The notes below the pieces were generated by a model that saw only the letters and a list, made by a program, of their open reading frames with translations, was not told the origin of the DNA and did not search any database. Both the position numbers and the translations under genes were made by a program. This document shows, one piece after another, positions 24,011-37,877 of a stretch of DNA of 64,000 nucleotides (positions are counted from its first letter, which is position 1; every line of letters starts with the position of its first letter). Source of the DNA: Eledone cirrhosa (Eukaryota). The stretch covers positions 33,542,001-33,606,000 of the forward strand of contig OZ024747.1 of NCBI GenBank assembly GCA_964016885.1, written 5' to 3'.

Positions 24011-25488
24011 TCATGACTGCAAAATTTAATCTTAACCCTTTCATTACCATAATCCTAATGAAATGCACCACATATATTTTTCAATTAATTAAATAGCAGA
24101 ACTGGCCAAAAGGGTTATTTATATTTCTAGCCACTAAGGCGTTCATGTCATTGTTATAAACAAGATCAGGTTTTCCATAGTTTTACATGATAACCACTGC
24201 ACAATTACATCATTTTTTTCATGTTGTGACATGACAAAAAGCACCTAGTCCACGATGTAAAGTGGTCATGATGGTAACATGACAAAACCATCTAGTCCAA
24301 CCTGTCAGTTGTTTTGGTGTCAGGAGAAAAAGCACCCAGTCCTCCTAGTAAAGTGGCTATTTTGGTACCATGATGAAAAGCACCCAGTCCACCCTGTAAA
24401 TTTGATTGGCATTAGGAAGGACATCTAGTTGTAGAAACCAAGCCAGAAACAGTTCTGAATGAGCAATACACAGCCACCTAATCTGACTTGTCACACACTA
24501 GAAAAACTCATCGAACCCATGCTAGCATGAAAAAAGGACATTAAACAGTGATGATGATGATCCTTCATTGATGCTATTTACTCAATATTGTACAGTACAC
24601 ATAATTTATTTCTCACTCTCTTAGTTGTCACTGTGTCAAACAGTTTTGATAACAAAGTCACAAGATTAATATCATCAACAGAGCAGGTGTATATTGCTTC
24701 AGTTACACCTGAGATTGCTACTATCTATTTTACTTGATTTATCTTCCATACACATGCATGAAAAACTTGCCAATATTCCAAGTAATGAAATATCTCAGAC
24801 AGATCCCTTTTTTTTTCTCTCTCTCTTTCTGAAGAGACTTGTCAGACGTAATATTTTAATATGAGATGATGTGTGGTAATTTAAATAGATGTAATTATCA
24901 AAAAGTAACTGACGTTTCAATCCAATCCACAATCCAGGGTCTTCTCACTCCTGTTGCAGGAGCATCTCTCTAGTTAAACTCCACAAATTTTCTGTTTGAT
25001 TTGGTCATGTCAATTGCAGATTGGCAAGGCTATTTAACCGATAGTTGTGGTGGTTAGTCGTTGACTCTAAGGATATCATCTGCCCTGTTCTTGTTTTTTG
25101 TGTTGCTGGGGTTCCACATACCCTCCTCACAAGACTAGGTTCTTGTGGGGGAGCCAGTTTAGTTGATGACCACTTGACCATGAAGCAGGTTGTATTAGGT
25201 TACATAATTCCAGGAGCAGGCAGAAATCTTGTCTGATGTTTCAATATATGATCCAAAATGCCAGACTTCTTTTCCACATGGCAACAAGATTGATTTAGAT
25301 TACCAGACATCATTTTTGATATTACACTGTTGAATCACACCCTCACAATTAAGCCAGTTCTTTGTAATTTTATGTGGCTTTAGAGCTGGGGCTAATTCTG
25401 TGTGAATCGTTGATCAAGAACTATAGTTGCCCCTTGCAATTTGGTATAATTTGGTTGTATGTATAGGTATGACAGTACCATATGGCTG

Positions 25489-25760
25489 CCACCTAGGGTA
25501 CAGAGCTCAGAAAGGCACATTTCTGAAACTTAATGGATCACAAATGTGTATAATTAACTTAGATATATATAGCCTAGGGTGCTGAGCTCGGAGAGGCACA
25601 TTACTGAACATTAAAGGATCACAGTTTTATACAAATTTGTATAATTAACTTAGAAATATAGAGAAAGCCACCTAGGGTGCTGAGCTCAGAGAGGCACATT
25701 ACTAAACATTAAAGAATCACAGTTTTATACAATTTTGTATAATTCACTTAGATATATAAT
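25489..25760. repeat. Minisatellite, 3 units of about 85-95 bp
   Basis: CCTAGGGTGCTGAGCTCAGAGAGGCACATTACTGAACATTAAAGGATCACA..GTATAATTAACTTAGA repeated three times. Confidence 0.9.
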
Positions 25761-27259
25761 AATTTTCTGTGATCAATAAATAAACTAATAAATATCGTTG
25801 CCATATAACAAAGTGGTGAAGAGGTCTTGTGTTATAAACTGTAACATGATTTGGCATACGTGTGGACTATGTAGTAACACATTTAAGATTGGTAAATTTA
25901 TTCGTGTAGTCAGAGCTGAAAGTGTCAAAAACTACGTTTACCAGTTTGCTAAACTGAAAGTTAACATTATTTTATTTTTGAAAATGGGGTGCATAATTAG
26001 GAGAAGGGTGCAAATATTGTAGAGATTGTTTAGGTACTAAATACCCAGTTGCTCGACTTGAGTATGTATCATACTTTCATGTGGGGTTCTGATGCCCATG
26101 TTGCTGAGAGAAGACAGACTCCTATCAATACTCCTTTTATTCATTCAGATGTGACAGTTGGAAAAGGAAATGCTACACCACACATGGGTTGGTATTTTCT
26201 ATGTATGTATGGCCCTGTTACTCCTAAGTGAGTCACATGGATGCTGTATCTCAATACAGCATTTCTGGGACATTTTTTAAACCTGGCAGAGTGAAACTCC
26301 TCTCCAGGTCTGAATACAGCATATTTCTTCCAGAGAAGGATAGAGAGAGTAACAGAAAGGAAGTAAGAAACAGTTATAGAGGAAAAACTGACCCCAGTAC
26401 TTGTGACCTTGAATGGATGAAAGGCAAAGTTGACTTTGGTGGGATTTGAACTCAGAGAACAGAAAGCAAAAATGAAAACTGCAAAACATTCTATCTGATG
26501 TTCAAACGAATTGGATAATTTGCTGTCTAGTATTTTCTATATTGACTCCAAAACAATGAAAATCAAAGTGGAATTTGGTTAGATTTGAACCAATCATATA
26601 GAGGTTCAAACAAATCTCCAATGCCCTAATGACCCTGACAATTGTTTTAATGCTGTGATTATATGAAAAGATTCTCCCCACCATACACAAGCCAAAAATC
26701 AACATTAAACAGAGTATTAAAATAACGTAATACAAATGTATGCATTCTTCTGTTATATCTGGTAGAAACTCTGTTGATAACCAGCAAAATTATATTTATA
26801 GCAACCAGATATTGAAAGTATTAGAGAATTAACAGCCTTTGATTGTAAGAAAAACTGAAATACTTTAAAATGTTCATATGGGAATGTGAAGCAATATATT
26901 AGAATCCACGAAGAGGACAGTAAATAATTTCCAGGCTATAAATATCAGAATCCATTCTGTATATGACCATAAGAAAGATAATAAAACTCCTGCTGTTCTT
27001 ATTGTTGGTCTCACAATGCTAGTATCTCTAAAATAACGTCCTTCCTTTCACTACATGTATATCTGTTAAAAACTAATACTGATAGACAATTTGTAATATT
27101 CTCGAAGGCTTTCTTAGCTGGATTGGTGAAAGCAGTGATAGCTATGTTCTTAGCAAATGTATTAAAAATGCATAAAGTTAATTTGTGAGTTACCAAAGAA
27201 CAGATGTTGAAACAATGATCCTGAACTAGAAGATAGTAAAATGCAGAGTTCATTTTAAC

Positions 27260-27760
27260 ATCTTCATCATCGTTTCTATGTCCATGTTTTTCCATGCTCA
27301 CACGGGTTTGATAGGTTCTTTTCATCAAAGCATCTCTCTACTTCTCATGTTACTTCGTCATCTCCTCTGTGAGTCTTAGAAATTTGAGAGTAGCTCTCAC
27401 CACCTGTGCCCAGGCCTTTCTTGGTCTATCACTACTGCAGCTTCCTACCACTAGGATTTCCTGGCATTTCTTCACCCAGCAATCATCATCCATGCATATC
27501 ACATGTCCATACTAGTACAGTCTTCTCTCTTGCACACCACTATGGATTCCTCTTATACCCAGGTCTTCCTTGGTCTACCTTTATTGTGGCTTCTTTCCAC
27601 TGGGATTTCCTGGCACTTCTTCAATGATGATTATCCATGTGCATCAAATGTCCATACCAACACAGTCTTCTCTCTTACACTCTACTTCAGATTCCACTTA
27701 AACCCAATTTCCCCCTCAGCTCATCCAAGCTCTACCTTTCTCTCACATTTACATTGCAGT
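27260..27760 (-). mobile_element. RTE LINE 3' remnant with internal duplication
   Basis: CATCATC tail, and the block TCCATACCA..AGTCTTCTCTCTT (ERRLRWYGH-like on the minus strand) present twice. Confidence 0.65.
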
Positions 27761-28429
27761 CATGATAATTTGTGAGAAGTTTCTTAGGGCAAGATTTGAA
27801 ATGTTTACGATGCCAGATACATAGAGATAATAAGCTTATAGTCCAGGGAAACATGTATTTAACAAAACTTCCAACTGTGTTTCCCTTAATATTTTGTGGT
27901 AATTTAGTAATGTTTACTTATGTACATCTGGATTCTTGATTTTATACTCCAACAGGAATAAGAAAGCCTTGAATTGTGGATTGGATATGTATATATATAT
28001 ATATATTAGAAAGTGAGGTTTTTTTTACAAAATGAAAAATAACCGAGGTGTCCTATACGAGTGAAAGTATAAAGAAAAAAAGATGAAATCGAAAATGCAA
28101 CTGGAGTTTTATTTTTTTAAAAATATATATATTTATTTGGTTCCTTTACCGGTTTCGTAGTTCTTCTGCTTTTCAAAACTAGAGTTGAGATGGAGGGTCT
28201 GTGGTTTTTCTCACATCTGGTTGATCTTTGAATGTCACTTATTTTATATGGAAAAAAGTGGCTCGAAACGCCAGGTTTTTAGAGAAGTAATTTGATTGGT
28301 TGGTCAATAAGTATAATAAATTTTGCACCAGTTCGCATTACAAAGTACTTCAAACAGGGGGGGGGGGGGGCTCAGGTTGTTTGTTTGAATTCCTTCTTAT
28401 TTAAAAAAAAGGGACTCACAAAGGCTTAT

Positions 28430-28465
<36 letters not shown>

Positions 28466-29197
28466 GTCGAGTTCGAATTCAGCCAAATACCAGTCTAATA
28501 CTAGGATCGAATCTGCCTCTATATTTCCTTCTCACTTCCATCCTTCCCTAGAAGAAATCTGCTGTAGACCCGAGGACGAGATGGCTCCACCAGGTTTAAA
28601 AATGCCCTAGAAACACTGTATGAAAATATGGCACCCCTACAACTCCCTTAGGAGTTACAAGATAAAAAGGGAAAAAAAATTACACACTGGACTATATTAT
28701 TTTGGCATTTTACATTGGCTAATGAGAATGTGCATTTACCCAATGAGATTGTTTTCTGTTCTCACTCACGTCCATTTTTATTGACGTAGCTAGTATGTAT
28801 GTGTTCTTGCTATTCAGATAAATAATATATATATAAAAGTAAGTAGTTAATCATCAGTTGTAATAAACATTATTACATATATATATTTGCAGCATATGTT
28901 GAATACATATTAAAAGAGTTCTATATCAATAAAAGAGTAATATATGTAAGTTGTTTACAAATATGTAAGCATTCAAGCATAAGGAATGCAGAGATGTAGG
29001 AATAATTTATCTCCAACAAAAAGATCTGATCACATATCAAGCCAGGTGGTAGCCTACATAATGCTATATATATAATTCTATTTTAAGTTGAGCCAGCTTC
29101 ATATCCAAATGAGGCTAATCAGCCCACCTACACATGCAAACAAAAAAAACTATATATTTTTGCCTGTCTCAAAGTCCAGCAGTAAGCAAGAGGAAGC

Positions 29198-29240
29198 ATT
29201 GTCCTGATGAGAACCATTAAGTTTGAAATGCATTGACAAT
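29198..29240 (+). ncRNA. Type I hammerhead ribozyme motif with extended stem I
   Basis: ATTGTC-CTGATGA-GAAC CATTAA GTTT-GAAA-TGCA-TT-GACAAT. Flanks TCCAGCAG (29175-29182) and CTGCTGGA (29256-29263) also pair. Confidence 0.85.
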
Positions 29241-29712
29241 TATCCCCTGCTGCTTCTGCTGGATTCCTGCTAGACATCGCTGGCCATCAGCCTTCTATTC
29301 ATAGCTGGGCTTTCAAAGTGTTTACTTATTAAATATACTCTATATCTTTGGATATATAAACTTCACATAAGACTACAGCTATGTCGAAGTTAAATTTTCA
29401 TGTATATATATTTCCTAAAAAAAAGTTTTCTGTTTCTTCCTCTTCTCACTCTCTGTTTTTCTATTTCATATTTTCTAGGACTAGTCACTGAAACCTTATG
29501 ATTCTTTTCCTACTATATCAAGTGTTAAACTAATATATTTCTTCATTGTATTGCATTATTTGCTTTGTTATTTCTGTTTACTTTTTGCATATATATATAT
29601 ATTATATATAAGATAGACAAAAGTGATCAACATATATATATATATAATTGAAGTATTTCCGTAGGAAAGGTAAAGGAAAAAAGAGTGCTCTATGTAGGCT
29701 ACAGAGATTTTT

Positions 29713-29910
29713 AGTTATGTAATAAACAACATAAGATAATTATTTCATTTACCAAAGGTTTCACAAAGACAGACGAGCTTGGCACATACATCTGCCTTCA
29801 ATCGTCAGAATGAAAATCATTGAAGGCAGACGTATGTGCCAAGCTCGTCTCTGTCTTTGTGAAACTTTTGGTAAATGAAATAATTATCTTATGTTGTTTA
29901 TTACATAACT
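29713..29910. repeat. Near-perfect inverted repeat of about 90 bp (miniature inverted-pLTR Penelope insertion)
   Basis: Arms 29713-29802 and 29819-29910 with a 16-nt spacer, flanked by (TA)n. Confidence 0.9.
29743..29815 (-). ncRNA. Type I hammerhead ribozyme motif
   Basis: TTTCATT-CTGACGA-TTGAAGGCAGATG..CGTCTGTCTTTGT-GAAACC TTT GGTA-AATGAAA. Confidence 0.85.
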
Positions 29911-29924
29911 ATATATATATATAT

Positions 29925-30065
29925 ATCAATGACCAATGAAATATATGTATCTAATATGGTGCCGTTGTACCAACTGACCTGAATAATTATATTCAAATCC
30001 GCCCTACAAACTTGAGTTGCTCTATACCTTGGATTTTTACTTACCTATTACTACATTACTACTAC

Positions 30066-30126
<61 letters not shown>

Positions 30127-31600
30127 CATATATATGTAGTTTTAACTATTTTAAACCTAGTAATTAACTTATACCAACGTAGATTTATACCTATTCTTTT
30201 AGTACCATTAGTATCATTACATTCTTCTTGCATCCCCCATCTGATCCCTTCGATTATGATTACAATTTATTATAACCAGCCCTTCACATTTAGGCATCTT
30301 ATTGTTATTTTATTATATAATTTTTAATAAGCCTCACTTATATTTGTATTTATTTTTACTAATATCATACTATATATTGCCCATTGCCTCACTCTATTTT
30401 TTAGTAGTAAATGTTCAATACGTGTATTATTAATTAAATAATTAACTAGTGTAATTCTTTATCCTTTAATATTATTTAACATATATATATAATTCTTTTA
30501 ATAATGCATAGCATTTGAGTATACATTGATAATTTTTTTTATTTGTATTTTGTTCTATAATCATTACCCCTAAACAATTTGAAACTCTTATAAAATGTCT
30601 TACATGAATTATTTCCTTTTATTTTTTAATTGGCATTAACCATCATTTAAGGATAAATTTTCAAACTGTATGTTAAGATGGAGTTATTTATACTTAAGCA
30701 TATAACTTTCTCCTCTCTGTTTAACTATGTGTTGCTTTTTCCAATGATAACACTTAATCTATATTGGATTTTTACTTTGCTGATTACATTTACTCAACAT
30801 TAATCCTTTGAATGGTTTGATTAATAATAACACTTCGACCTAAATTTCATCTTTATTTTGCTGAGTATACTTATTCAACATTATTACCTTTGAATGGTTT
30901 GAAATATAATAGTTTATTTTTATGACTGAATTACGCAGTAGAACTTTTTATATCCATTATCAAAAATATCTCTTGGAGATGTATTCTTATATTTTTAAGT
31001 TTATATTTGAATTGCACACCTGCTCTTAACTTATAAATTTTTGTAATGCTTATGATATATGTTTATTTACTGCTTATGATATATGTCTTGCACTATGCTT
31101 AACCAGCATGTTTTTAACATTTTTAATACTTTTAGCTAATTTTATTGCATTTATATGCTCATATTTTTCTTATGGTTCGTCTGCATTTACTATCTTTTTT
31201 TTATATAAATGTTGATACTTATGCTTACTTCCCATATTATGTATCCTCCTAATGTTCTTATGACAAATTTCTGATATTATATTTGTGTTCAACCTTTATT
31301 ATATACTCCGATGAATCCGGCCTTGTGCTGGGATGAACTGATCGTAAGTGATTGTTTTAAACAGTCTTTGATTGATGTTTATAAAGTATTTTGGCTCTAT
31401 AATATACTTGTTATTTTACATTGAACAAATGAAGAAATGGTTTATATTGCATCCAAATCCAACTGCATTAGCAGAAGGTATATTCAACCATAAAGAACTC
31501 TTAGAGCCATAAACAACTAAAATACAGAAATAAAGCTAAATTACTAAACAAAAAATAACAAAAAACTAATAAATAGATAAACTAGAAAATAACAAACTCC
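29925..31600 (+). mobile_element. Possible decayed Penelope 3' end and pLTR
   Basis: I*YGAVVPTDLN near 29950-29985 resembles the GIY-YIG C-terminal P.GLN motif. A long T-rich tract follows, with a degenerate HHR (CCGATGA-ATCC..GGAT-GAAC..GTA) at 31304-31350. Confidence 0.35.
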
Positions 31601-32555
31601 TGAAACAAAATACATAAATTTAAGTCAGTGAAGTGTGGTCAATGATCCAGCTTTACATCAGCTTCAGAAGAAGGCCATAAACCATAGCTATAGTTGTTTA
31701 GATATTGCTAGAGAGAAGAGTAAGGAAAAGGAAAAGATGAAAAATAGAGTGAGTTGGAGGAATGTAAGGTTGAGAGAATGACAATATAAGGATGAAATAT
31801 AATATATCTTATATATATTTTGGTTAGGGAAAATGAGAGAGGTAGAAGTTGAGAGAGGAGTAGAGAGAAATATAGGGAGAGAGAAAAAAAAAAGATAAAG
31901 AAGGAAACAGAGAGTGAAAGATAGAGAGAAAAAGAGAAAGACAGACAGAGTGAGAAATAATTTGATTGTGTGTGTGTGTGAGAGAGAGATAGACAGACAG
32001 ACAGACCTTGGGAGAGAAGACAGCTTATATGAATAATGGGCATAGATATAATTGTATGATTAAATAATTTTCTTGGCAACCCCATAGGACAATGTTTGAT
32101 CCCATTGTACAATACCTGTCATACCATAGTAGAATTTCATAGACAGCTACTGTGCAGAAGCCTATTGTGCATGTATATATATATATATCTAGGGTGGGTA
32201 AAATTCCTGATATATATATACATATAAAAGTAAGTATGATTGAAGTCAATGATGCATGAAATATATATAAACTTTATTGGTATATTACAATCATATCAAT
32301 ATCGAGGAACTGATTGATATTGAAATGGAATACCACCCAACACACGACGGTCTATTTTAACACCACTTGCAACTGTAGTTATGCACCTCCCTAATACACA
32401 CACACACACATACATATACATATATATATAATAATGAAACGATGTCATCGGATAGGACCTACAAATCTTTGATTATTTTCCCATGCACTCAATGATTTAA
32501 TTAAGCTAGTATCATTAATATACTAACGCAAATGAAAAGAGAGTTCACACTAATC

Positions 32556-32973
32556 ATCATCATCATCATCGTTTATCTTCCATGCTAACACAGTTTACAT
32601 GAGAGTTGTCTCACTTGAGGCAAGATTAGTCGGGTGACCGTGTCTCGCTCGTATAGGACTATCTGGCAGGTTTTCTATGGTTGAATGCCCTTCCTAACAC
32701 CAACCACATTTACAGTGTGGACTGGGAGCTTTTTACTGTTACCTACAGGACCACATTACAGCGTGGACTGTGTGTATTTTGTCATGACACCTAAATATAT
32801 ATGTTTATAAATGTGGTTGGTATTAGGAAGGGCATCCAGCCGTAGAAAACCTGCCAGATAGTCTTATATGAGCGAGACATGGTCACCCGACCAACCTTGC
32901 CTCATGTGGGACAACTCCCGTCTAACCCATGGTAGCGTGGAAAATGGACGTTAAACGAAGATGATGATGATGA

Positions 32974-32977
<4 letters not shown>
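32556..32977. repeat. Two inverted copies of the RTE-associated short element
   Basis: About 32560-32712 is the reverse complement of about 32808-32975. Confidence 0.85.
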
Positions 32978-33009
<32 letters not shown>

Positions 33010-34567
33010 GTGTAAACCATACAGTAACAAAATAATAAGGGATGAGATAGTACCGAGAAGATAAATAAATGAACAGGTACCATGAACAGAACAAACAACT
33101 TTGTAATCGTTGGGTCTCAAATTGGACTTACACAGTTTCAATCCCAACGGACAATACTGCTGGTTCATTTTGAGTCCCAATATCTAAGAAGATATTTCAA
33201 TACTGTACTGGAGTATTTTAAATGATGAAGAATGTATGTATACTCAATTATCATTTTATGCCAGTGTTTCTACGTTGGCATGTTTTAGATGCCTCATCAC
33301 TTACCAAGTCAGTACTTAACTAGAACTGAACACATCTCTTACTGAATCCAATGCAATCCAGAGACTTCTCCCTCCTGTTGGAGGAACCCCTCCCTGGTTA
33401 ACTCCCACCACTTTCTGTTTGGTTTTGGTTATGTCTTCAGTGGTGTAGCAGTATTTACCATGCTTGGCCAATTGCATGTTGGTGAGGCTATTTAACCTAT
33501 AGTTGGGGTGGATGGCAGTTGACTCTGAGAAGTTTACACACACACACACATATCCAATCCAATCCTTGGTCTTTTCACTCTTGATGGAGGAACCCTTCTC
33601 TGGTTGATTTATGTATTTGGGATGGAAGGCAATTGACCCTGAGGAGTTCAGCCACACTTTTTTAACAGCTTGCTTTTTTGTGCTTCTGGCGTTCCACTTA
33701 CTCTCCCCACCAGACCAGGGTCTTGTGGGGACCTGGTTTAGTTGCCAACTATTCAACCATAAAGCTGGTTGTACTAGATTACATGATACTCAGAAATAAG
33801 AGTCGGGCATACTATAATTAGTCTTAGCAGGGATAATTGTTACCAATAGTGTTCAACAAATCTCTTCTTCAGTCAACACTAGGTAGGCCTATGTAATGTC
33901 AGTCCAGAAATTCTTCCAGAATGAGATCTTTCATCTGTTAACAGATTTGTTATTCATCAGTAGCTTGCTAAGGCCTGTTGTGGCTAACTCCAAGCCACCA
34001 ATGTTGTCCAAGGTAAACACAAAGACTGATAGAATTTTGTGCCAGTGACCTTGCAACTATTTTCACCTGATAGCAATTATGAGTGTGTGTCTGTGTACAA
34101 ATGCATATCAGCAACAAAACCAATACACTGTTGCTTTCAAACAAAAATTCCTTACGGTATTTTTTCCACTGAGTTGAACAGATGTCTCTTCTCACTGTTG
34201 CCATCATAACAGCTGTCAGCCTAGCTGGAAACTTGTAATCAATGATGCTTTTAATGACAAAATGAGATACAAAATGAGAAATAACACTATAAAATTAACT
34301 CACCAATACAATTTTACAATTCTGAAGTACTTCCACTCAGATTCTGGTTATCCAATTTCATTTACAAAGATTTAGGTCAACCCATGGCTATGATTAAAGA
34401 TACTTACCAAAGATACAATATGGTGGAGCTATACCTTGAATATCATGATAGCAAAGGGAACTTCTAAAATATTTAGCTATGTTGAATTATCAATATGAAG
34501 ATCATTTCTCCTTTGGAATCCCAAAAGTGCTTCAATATATTTGTCTAATTATTATGAGAGACAGCAA

Positions 34568-34978
34568 TGGGGTTGACAGTATCAGTAGAGTATCAGACAT
34601 CATGATTCACATCATATACTTACCATACTTTATGTTCTGAGTCCAAATCCCACCAAGTTAGCTTTGCCTTTCATCTGTACTGGATCAATAAAAAAAAAAT
34701 GCCAGTAGCATACTGGGGTCGATTTAATCAACTTTCCCTCCCACAAAGTTGTTGCTGTTGTGTCTAAATCAGAGGATTGGCAGTATTAGTTGAGCATTGG
34801 ATAACATGCTTTGCAGCTTATAGTTAGGACTCTTTATGTTCTGAGTCCAAATCCTGCTGAGGTTAGCTTTGTTTTTTATCTTTACTATAAAATAAAGTAC
34901 CAGTAACGTACTGGAGTTGATTCAATCGACTTTCCCCTGACCCAAATTGTTGGCCTTGTGCCTAAAACAGAAATCATT
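34568..34978 (+). mobile_element. Two tandem Nin-like SINEs
   Basis: Two blocks of GTTCTGAGTCCAAATCC..AGCTTTG..TACTGGGGTCGATTTAATC. Confidence 0.75.
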
Positions 34979-36356
34979 ATGAGAGACAGAATGTAATATT
35001 ACATGGATATTCATTCACTGTCTTTTCAATCCCATCAACATACAAGACAGTCATTGACATATTTATTGGCAAATAAACAATAGACAAGAAAGCTAGGATA
35101 GTTCAACTAATAAACACTGATTTTTAAAGCAATTAATCATACATCTTTCAAATTCCCTTTTGTTTTCTTTCTCTCTATCTCTAAATGCATGTAAATATAT
35201 ATACAGTGGAACCTTGGTTCATGAACGCCTCTCATTACGAGCAATTTTTCCAAACATAAAATGTATCAAGTGACAAACAATGTCTTGAGTAACAAACATG
35301 CAAGCTGGCAATAACAGTTGGTGACAAGTATTGGCATGAAAGAGTCACTTGCTCTGTAGTTAGTTACTCTGTGAGTCAGTGGTTAGGGAATTTAACTAAT
35401 TAACACAAACTTATGAATTTGATTCCCAGGGATGAATTATGTTCTTGATCAAGACACTTTATTTCACAATGCTTCTGTCCACTCCAGTTCCATATCACTG
35501 TTTTTCCCAGAAACATTGTTTACGAGGAAAACATTGAGATAGATCTGGAGTATTAAGACTAATAACCTGGTGTAAAGAGACTTATAATATGTGGTTACAT
35601 AACTACTATCAATTAGTCAATATATCGATTTATCATGATCAATCAACCTTCTGAAATGATCGTAAAACAATGTATTAATTAAGCATCAATCTTCACCTTT
35701 TGTTTTCATTGTTCAAAACATATATATAAATGACACTGTAGCTAGTTTAGAATGCACAATGGAATCTTATGTGATGATGGCCTACTACAAATACAGTAAC
35801 ACAGTTTTATTTATATATTTGTCAATCAAAACACCACAGAATATGAACATCAAAAAATGTGTCTTCTGTAAATACTCACAACATAAGAGAATAAATATAA
35901 ATAAACGAATAGAAAATATAGTCTACTTAATTAATTTAACCTTTCAGTATATACAGTATATCTTCTAAAGAAAATGGGGGCAGTAACTTCGAAGTTTGTT
36001 ATTAGCTGCAAGGGGTATCTGATTCTTCGTGATTTTTTATATACATGCTATGCATTGATATATATGTAAAAACAAGATGGTGTAAAACAGAACAAAGAGG
36101 AAACAAAATAATGTATTCTCTAAAGTGGTCATAGAATGTTTGAAGATAAAGCTTTGACAATAAACAACCAAAACAACCATCTAGTTGTCAAACTAACTGA
36201 CAGAAAATTATAACAAACTGAAGTGAAATTCAACTGTTGTGTGTCTTTTAATCGGCAGCATGACCCTCACAAAGTATAATAATATGAGGTATTTTTGAAA
36301 AAGAAGAGAAAACATTTCTTTTTAAAAAAAGGGGTTTTTATAAAATATATTAGATA

Positions 36357-37730
36357 CTAGCAGTGGTACCCGGCTTTGCAGGGATAAGGTACTTTGGAAC
36401 ACGGGCCGCCAACAGACCTAATCGTGGAATAACTGCATGCCTGGACAATATGTAAAGAAAATAAACCAAATACTCTGATGGCTGGATAATCTTTAAGATT
36501 TTCCTCGATGAAGCAGGAAAAATGTAGGTTTTCACCTAATGCGGGCCCTAGGGGTATGTGCATAATGTGCCTTTAAATTTTGGAAAAATCGGCTAGATGT
36601 ATCGCCTCCAAAGGGCCCTAAGAAGCTGAAAAAAATGAAGTTGTTCACCTGATGCGGGCCCTAGGCCATATGAAAGTTGGATTTTCTTTGCTTACGGTAT
36701 GAAGAAGAGACTGATTAATACATAGTTACAATTTCAGGGATATCGGTCTGACGCAACGCCTAAAAAAAAACCTAAAAATCTTTAAAAACGCAGTTTTTCA
36801 CCTAATGCGGGCCCTAGGAGATAAAAAAAAGTTGAATGTGCATAACACTCCCTGAAACATAAGTAATACACATGTAAAATTTGAAAAAGATCGGTTGGGT
36901 ACTTCTCGAGTTTTAGGGATTCAAACTCACAGACACACACACACAGACATCCTCAGGGAAGTGACGTAATGCAGACAGCAGACATACAGGCAGATATTAT
37001 AAGGGCGCGACGTTATATGTATGTATCTATCTAAAGAGAGAAAGACTAAGAATTATACAGCGAGATAGCTAAATCGCCTAATGCGGTCCTTAGGGCATTG
37101 GAACTTTGAAATATTTTTTGCTCAGAACACTCCCTGAAACCCAATACTAAGCGGTAAAATAGTAACATTTGTTCTCGTAAAGGCACGTAAGTAAACAAAC
37201 TGAAGCTATTACAGCGATGTTTTACTTTACCGGCTTTAATTTTTATTGTTGTATGAAATATATAACCTGCAAACCTGTTTTTGAATCGCAGCAGGGTCGA
37301 CTTTATTTCACTCGCTCTACTAAAAGTTGGATTTTCTTTGCTCACGGTATGAAGAAGAGACTGACTAATACATAGTTACCGGCTTTCATTTTTAGTGTTG
37401 TGTGAAATATATAACCGCCTTAGTTAAGCTTAGTATTGCTGACGTAATGCAGACAGTCAGACATACAGAGTGATAATATAAGGGTGCAACGTAATATGTA
37501 TGTATCTATCTAAAAAGAGAAAGACTAAGAATTATAGAGTGAGATTGCTAAATCACCTAATGCGGTCCCTAGGGCATTGAACATTTGAAAATGATTTTGC
37601 TCAGAACACTCCCTGAAACATAAGTATTAGATGTGTAAAGTTTGAAAACAGTCGGTTGGCTGGTTCTCGAGTTTTAGGGATTAGAACTCACATACACATA
37701 GACAGACATCCTCAGTTTTATATATAGAGA
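36357..37730 (-). mobile_element. Non-autonomous Helitron, complete
   Basis: The minus strand starts A|TCTCTATATATAAAAC and ends with the hairpin CCCTGCAAAGCCGGG and CTAG|T, giving an A/T target without TSD. Internal CACCTAATGCGG(G/T)CCCTAGG-like repeats occur five times. Confidence 0.88.
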
Positions 37731-37877
37731 TTACCGGTTTCAATGTAATTCATCTTATCAAATATTAAAATAAAAAATAAAAAATAAAAAATAAAAAATT
37801 AAGGGTTGAAGAAGGTTTGTTCATATTTTGTGTTGTGAAGATGACAGTCACTTAAGAAAAATAATTTATATATATAT

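Noticed and set aside
28565-28625. CCGAGGA...GAAACACTGTA hammerhead-like motif
   Set aside because: Stems I and II do not pair convincingly.
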